A DNA stretch of 64,000 bases from an uncultured bacterium (lineage in GTDB: Bacteria > Hydrothermota > UBA3073 > NMUJ01), in NCBI GenBank assembly GCA_965612795.1, contig CBFDTI010000001.1, positions 1-64,000 of the forward strand, in the 5' to 3' direction. The notes beneath the pieces are model-generated. The model made no database searches and was not told where the DNA came from. It was given only the letters and a program-made list of their open reading frames with translations. Below, one piece after another: positions 59,283-64,000 of this stretch (position 1 is the first letter of the stretch; every line of letters begins with the position of its first letter). The translations under genes were made by a program, and so were the position numbers.

Positions 59283-60415
59283 TTCGCCCTCTCCGCTAGT
59301 TCTATCGCCTTCATTGCACCCTCTTTCATAGATCGTACCGTGATAAGGTTTGCACTTTCGAGTATTTTCAATGCCTCATCCTCATTCGTCCCGGTCAACC
59401 TAACCACAATAGGCACATCCACACGCATCTTACCTAGTGTTTCCACTATCCCTTTTGCTACGTCATCGCATCGTGTTATTCCGCCAAAGATGTTAAACCA
59501 TATCGCCTTAACATTTCTATCCTCGAGTAACAATTCCATAGCCTTCATCACCTTCTCAGGGCTCGAACTTCCACCAATATCCAAGAAATTAGCAGGTTTC
59601 CCCCCATATCGCTTTATTATATCCATAGTAGCCATAGCGAGCCCAGCCCCATTCACCACACACCCTATGTTGCCGTTCAATTTTATATAGCTCAGTCCAT
59701 ACTTTTTGGCTTCCCATTCCTTGACCTCATCTTCCTCTGGCTCACGCATAAGTTCCTGCCTCCTATACAGCCCATTGTCGTCAATTATAACTTTAGCATC
59801 ACACGCATATATTTTACCCGTTGTATCAACTGCTAATGGGTTGATTTCCACAAGCGTAGCATCGTTCTCCTTGAATGCCCTGAATAAGTTCAAATATATC
59901 CTTGTGGCTTGCTTTCTAAGTTCAGCTTCCTCAAATACCTTAAACGCCAGCTGCCTTGCCTGATATGGCATGAATTCGAACAGCCCCATATCGATTGTCG
60001 TCCTATATATCTTGTCAGGTTTTTCTCTCGCTATCTCTTCGATATCTACACCACCTTCATCACTCGCCATAACTGTTATACTTTGACGTGCACGGTCCAA
60101 CACCACCCCTATATAAGTCTCCTTTGCTATGTCGATTGCTCTTGCCACCAGTATCTTTTTGACTGTTATACCCTTGATCGACATCCCCAGTATAGCGTCA
60201 GCTTTCTCCCTAACTTCATCTATCGAATACGCAAGCTTCACCCCACCCGCCTTACCTCTACCACCTACTAACACCTGTGCTTTGATCACTACGGGTAACC
60301 CCACCTCTTTCGCTATCTCTACTGCTTCCTCTTTGGAAGTCACCACTTTACCTTCACCGAACGGTATCCCATATTTTTTTAGTAACTCTCTACTCAAATA
60401 TTCCGGTAGTTTCAT
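59279..60415 (-). CDS. sucC: succinate--CoA ligase (ADP-forming) beta subunit
   Basis: KAQVLVGGRGKAGG, GGVDIEE, EINPL, NGAGLAMATMD, NIFGGITRCD. Confidence 0.96.
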   Translation of the reverse strand: MKLPEYLSRELLKKYGIPFGEGKVVTSKEEAVEIAKEVGLPVVIKAQVLVGGRGKAGGVKLAYSIDEVREKADAILGMSIKGITVKKILVARAIDIAKETYIGVVLDRARQSITVMASDEGGVDIEEIAREKPDKIYRTTIDMGLFEFMPYQARQLAFKVFEEAELRKQATRIYLNLFRAFKENDATLVEINPLAVDTTGKIYACDAKVIIDDNGLYRRQELMREPEEDEVKEWEAKKYGLSYIKLNGNIGCVVNGAGLAMATMDIIKRYGGKPANFLDIGGSSSPEKVMKAMELLLEDRNVKAIWFNIFGGITRCDDVAKGIVETLGKMRVDVPIVVRLTGTNEDEALKILESANLITVRSMKEGAMKAIELAERAK

Positions 60416-60423
60416 TTCTCATT

Positions 60424-60450
60424 AAAATACGTTTAACTTACGCCTGTCAA
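60424..60450 (-). promoter_or_regulatory. internal promoter for sucC operon
   Basis: TTGACA-N15-TATTTT, 8 nt before ATG. Confidence 0.65.
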
Positions 60451-60858
60451 CGGAACTACTTTCATCTCAATCACACGTTCGGCCTCACCAACTATCTTCA
60501 GAAATATATCGATTCGTCCACCTGGCAAATATTCAGCCACCCTATCCGCCCATTCTATAACCACCACACCCGGTACTCTTAGGTAATCCCACAACAGTGG
60601 GAAATCTACTTCTCCTCTATATAGATCTACGTGGAACACTTTAAACCTACATTCGTATTCTACCACCCATATGAATGATGGGCTCTTAACCTCTACATCT
60701 GGACAGCCCGCACCTTTAATTATACCCCTTGCAAGCACAGTTTTACCTGATCCCAATTCCCCATACAGTGCTATGAGTTCGTCCCCTCTAAGTTTAAGTC
60801 CTACCTTCCTACCAAACTCCTCTGTCTCCTCTGGACTATGGGTTACGATCTTCATCAA
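60433..60858 (-). CDS. tsaE: tRNA t6A biosynthesis ATPase TsaE
   Basis: G.LGSGKT, VKSPSF, HVDLYR, IEWA. Confidence 0.93.
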   Translation of the reverse strand: MMKIVTHSPEETEEFGRKVGLKLRGDELIALYGELGSGKTVLARGIIKGAGCPDVEVKSPSFIWVVEYECRFKVFHVDLYRGEVDFPLLWDYLRVPGVVVIEWADRVAEYLPGGRIDIFLKIVGEAERVIEMKVVPLTGVS

Positions 60859-61925
60859 TCATATTCGTGTGCGTCGATCTCACCCCGCAACACCCTCAGT
60901 ACACCAGAAGCGAGTGCTTCCATTTCACGTTCACCAGGGTATACTTTAACTGGTGCGAGAAAGCCCACCCTTTCCCTGATTAAGTCAACAAAATCCTGTT
61001 CATTTGCTAACCCTCCCGTAAGTATTATAGCGTCTATTTTACCTTTCAAAACGGCTGCACCCGCCGCTATCTCCTTAGCTATCTGATACGCCATAGCTTC
61101 GTAGATAAGTTTCGCTTCATTATCACCAGCTTCTATTCTGCGTTTCACTTCTCTCAAATCATTTGTACCAAGGTATGCAACCATCCCCCCCTGCCCTACT
61201 ATTCTCTTCCAAAGCTGTTCCCTGGTGTACTTGCCGGATAGAACAAGTTCGATCAACTGCCACACGGGTAGTGTACCCGTCCTTTCAGGCGTAAATGGTC
61301 CCTCACCGTTCAGTGCATTATTAACATCCACAACCCTACCATCTTTGTGTATACCTACTGATATTCCACCTCCCATATGTGCCACTATGAATGCACACTC
61401 TTCGTAATGTTTACCCAGCTCCTCTGCCGCAATACGTGCAACGTATTTCTGGTTTAGTGCATGAAATATACTTTTACGCTCGATCTCGGGCAATCCTGAC
61501 ACCTTTGCGATAGGTTCCATTTCATCTACCACTACCGGATCTACAATATAGACGGGTATGTCATATGGTTGTCCTATCTCAACCCCTAAGATCGCACCCA
61601 GGTTAGATGCATGTGCACCATACTTCATGCTGCTGAGGTCATCCAACATCCGTCTGTTCACCCTGTATACGCCACTTGCGAGTGGCTTCAACAACCCACC
61701 CCTTGCTGCTATTGCCGAAAGTTCTGCCTCACGTAATCCATGCCGATGCATGCTCTCAATTATGATCTCCTTACGCATAGGTAATTGTTCGATAAGGTTC
61801 GAATATTTACGTAACTCTTCGATGGGGTGATGTAACTTCTCTTCCCATACTTTACGTTCATCCTCAAAATACGCTATTTTCGTGGATACAGAACCCGGAT
61901 TTATCACCAATATCCCAAATCCCAT
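60855..61925 (-). CDS. buk: butyrate kinase
   Basis: INPGS.STK, RGGLL, HASNLG, DPVVVDE, HALNQK, HMGGG, PGE.EMEALA. Confidence 0.96.
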   Translation of the reverse strand: MGFGILVINPGSVSTKIAYFEDERKVWEEKLHHPIEELRKYSNLIEQLPMRKEIIIESMHRHGLREAELSAIAARGGLLKPLASGVYRVNRRMLDDLSSMKYGAHASNLGAILGVEIGQPYDIPVYIVDPVVVDEMEPIAKVSGLPEIERKSIFHALNQKYVARIAAEELGKHYEECAFIVAHMGGGISVGIHKDGRVVDVNNALNGEGPFTPERTGTLPVWQLIELVLSGKYTREQLWKRIVGQGGMVAYLGTNDLREVKRRIEAGDNEAKLIYEAMAYQIAKEIAAGAAVLKGKIDAIILTGGLANEQDFVDLIRERVGFLAPVKVYPGEREMEALASGVLRVLRGEIDAHEYD

Positions 61926-61934
61926 ATCATCTCC

Positions 61935-62432
61935 TTAAAACTTATACCCTATCTTACGTAGAAATTGCTTACGCTTAGCTATTTCCGTATCATCTTCCAC
62001 ACCTATTGGAGTAAATCCATCCACCACACCTAGCACTCCCCTACCTTGTCCTGTCCTCACCACAATAACTTCGAGCGGGTTGGCGGTTGCTGCAAAAATA
62101 TGGCATATCTCCGGTACGCGCTTCAGGTGTGGCATTATATTTATTGGGTACGCATCTCTTATGATAAGCACAAAGGTATGACCTGCCCCTATCTTCCTGG
62201 CATTTTCCTTAGCAGCCTCTATCAATTCATCATCATTACCCGCATATCTTATAAGGCGTGCACCCGATGCTTCGTTAAATGCAAGCCCCCATTTTACACC
62301 AGGTACCGCGCCTACGACTGCCTCACCGATGTCCTCCACACTTTTGATAAAATGTGTTTGCCCCACGATTATATTGGCATCTTTTGGTATGTTCAACTTC
62401 ACAACTTCGAGTTCCATCTTTTCCTCCTTCAT
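61935..62432 (-). CDS. adenosine-specific kinase family (DUF355)
   Basis: GQTHFIKSVED, F.EASG..L.R, GAGH.F, ATANP, GRG.LGVVDG. Confidence 0.9.
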   Translation of the reverse strand: MKEEKMELEVVKLNIPKDANIIVGQTHFIKSVEDIGEAVVGAVPGVKWGLAFNEASGARLIRYAGNDDELIEAAKENARKIGAGHTFVLIIRDAYPINIMPHLKRVPEICHIFAATANPLEVIVVRTGQGRGVLGVVDGFTPIGVEDDTEIAKRKQFLRKIGYKF

Positions 62433-62503
62433 CTATTTAATTTCTTATAGATATCGATACCGTCAACATTTACCAAACTCAACCTCACCTTATATTAATC
62501 ACC

Positions 62504-63373
62504 ATGGCCATGGTGAAGATAAGGTTAGCATACCCTCATGATGCGGAACACATTACGCAGATACATCTGTCGGATGCACCTTCACAGGTTGTTGCAGCCA
62601 CCGACCCATACACTCGTTGGTATCACGGGGGCCCTTGGATGCATCCACTTACTGCACGTAAGTATATCAAACGTGTCACCCATCGTGGTGGTAGAATCTT
62701 TCTTGCCGTTGATAAATACCCCATAGGGGAAGCGGACGTATGGGAGAGCCATGAATGGCACACCCGTATATTACATATCTCATTGTTATGGGTACACTTA
62801 AAATATCGAAAGAGAGGAATTGGTAGCAGTTTGATGAATCACATAGTACAGTATGCAAGTCGAATAGGTGTAACTTACATAACTACCTGGCCAGAAGAGG
62901 CTGCACTAAGCTTTTACGACAAATGGGGGTTCAGATTACATTTACCTCAAACCTATGTAAAACTGCATGCCAAGAACTGGCACCTAAATTACGAGAGGAT
63001 ACCCTTCACCCCACGTAAATTACCCACCACGTTCACCCTGTTGCTAGGTAAAACCCAATGTTCACGTGAGCATTGGGAAATAGTACCCTGGGAGGCAAAG
63101 TTGCTCAATCGCTACAAAGCAACGCGTTTCTTCGCATTACGTGGAATCGTACATGGCCTTCCGTATTATCTCTACCTCATGAAATGGCCATGGGACGACT
63201 ACTATAGGGCTTATCTTTGGGTGAAAGAGAAAGATCCAATCTTTATACCTTTCATCCAACAACTCGCGCATGATAATGGATGGCACTACATCACAACGGT
63301 GGTACCGAATGAGTTACTACCCCGCAATAACTATATAAAAATAAAACCCATTAACCTGTGGTATAGGGGATAA
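62504..63373 (+). CDS. GNAT family N-acetyltransferase
   Basis: [29 protein letters not shown] motif. Confidence 0.8.
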   Translation: MAMVKIRLAYPHDAEHITQIHLSDAPSQVVAATDPYTRWYHGGPWMHPLTARKYIKRVTHRGGRIFLAVDKYPIGEADVWESHEWHTRILHISLLWVHLKYRKRGIGSSLMNHIVQYASRIGVTYITTWPEEAALSFYDKWGFRLHLPQTYVKLHAKNWHLNYERIPFTPRKLPTTFTLLLGKTQCSREHWEIVPWEAKLLNRYKATRFFALRGIVHGLPYYLYLMKWPWDDYYRAYLWVKEKDPIFIPFIQQLAHDNGWHYITTVVPNELLPRNNYIKIKPINLWYRG

Positions 63374-63444
63374 TCTTTAACCTACATATCATTGACACCC
63401 TACATTCTTTAGTAACTTATAAAGATAGAAAGATAGGAGGTGAC

Positions 63445-64000
63445 ATGAACTATAGACCCATACATGCACCTCGTGGTACTCAATTAAGTTGCAAATCGTG
63501 GCCACTCGAAGCCCCCCTACGTATGTTGATGAATAACGTTGATCCCGACGTAGCAGAGATACCTGAGGAGCTCATCGTTTATGGAGGTGCCGGCAAAGCC
63601 GCCCGTAACTGGGAGTGTTTCTGGGCAATCGTTGAGAGTCTCAAGAATATGGACGAAGACGAAACCTTACTCGTACAATCCGGTAAACCGGTCGCCATAT
63701 TCCGTACATCCACATGGGCACCAAGGGTGTTGATCGCTAACTCATTACTTGTACCTAACTGGGCAAATTGGGATCACTTTCGTAAACTTGAAGCTATGGG
63801 ATTAATAATGTACGGTCAGATGACTGCCGGTAGCTGGATCTACATCGGTACCCAGGGCATAATACAAGGTACTTACGAGACGTTTGCTGCCGCTGCCAGC
63901 AAACACTTTGACGGTACACTTCGTGGCAAATTTGTACTCACCGCAGGTATGGGCGGTATGAGTGGTGCACAACCTCTTGCTATCACCATGAACGGCGGTG
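63445..64000 (+). CDS. hutU: urocanate hydratase (runs off window end)
   Basis: [19 protein letters not shown]...[20 protein letters not shown]...QSGKPV...[25 protein letters not shown]; promoter TTGACA-N15-TAACTT at 63392-63418. Confidence 0.97.
   Translation, partial: MNYRPIHAPRGTQLSCKSWPLEAPLRMLMNNVDPDVAEIPEELIVYGGAGKAARNWECFWAIVESLKNMDEDETLLVQSGKPVAIFRTSTWAPRVLIANSLLVPNWANWDHFRKLEAMGLIMYGQMTAGSWIYIGTQGIIQGTYETFAAAASKHFDGTLRGKFVLTAGMGGMSGAQPLAITMNGG

Overview
Contig start of a compact bacterial genome. Gene content suggests an anaerobic, probably thermophilic amino-acid fermenter; secreted FlgD-Ig/CTD proteins, a SprA-like gene and several archaeal-type enzymes suggest an FCB-adjacent lineage such as WOR-3 (inference). 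Bases 4-69 are an untrimmed Illumina Nextera adapter. The window holds the first two genes of a type I-B CRISPR-Cas operon (cas6, cas8b; no array visible), large secreted beta-propeller proteins, three tRNAs, RNase P RNA and about 50 mostly housekeeping genes. Top candidate system: a ~650-bp locus (25606-26251) where tRNA-Thr(GGT) and a small GIY-YIG nuclease gene are flanked by tRNA-derived copies whose anticodon arm is replaced by the palindrome TCCCGCC-TT-GGCGGGA. The two copies are truncated at complementary ends, and the upstream ones carry duplicated promoters. Other signals: promoters with a recurrent 15-nt -35/-10 spacer, an A9 run splitting coaBC, RNase HIII-HIT and archaemetzincin-RimI fusions, archaeal-type PheRS, and strong C-over-G strand skew regardless of gene orientation. 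All family calls come from motif recognition by eye; no searches were run.
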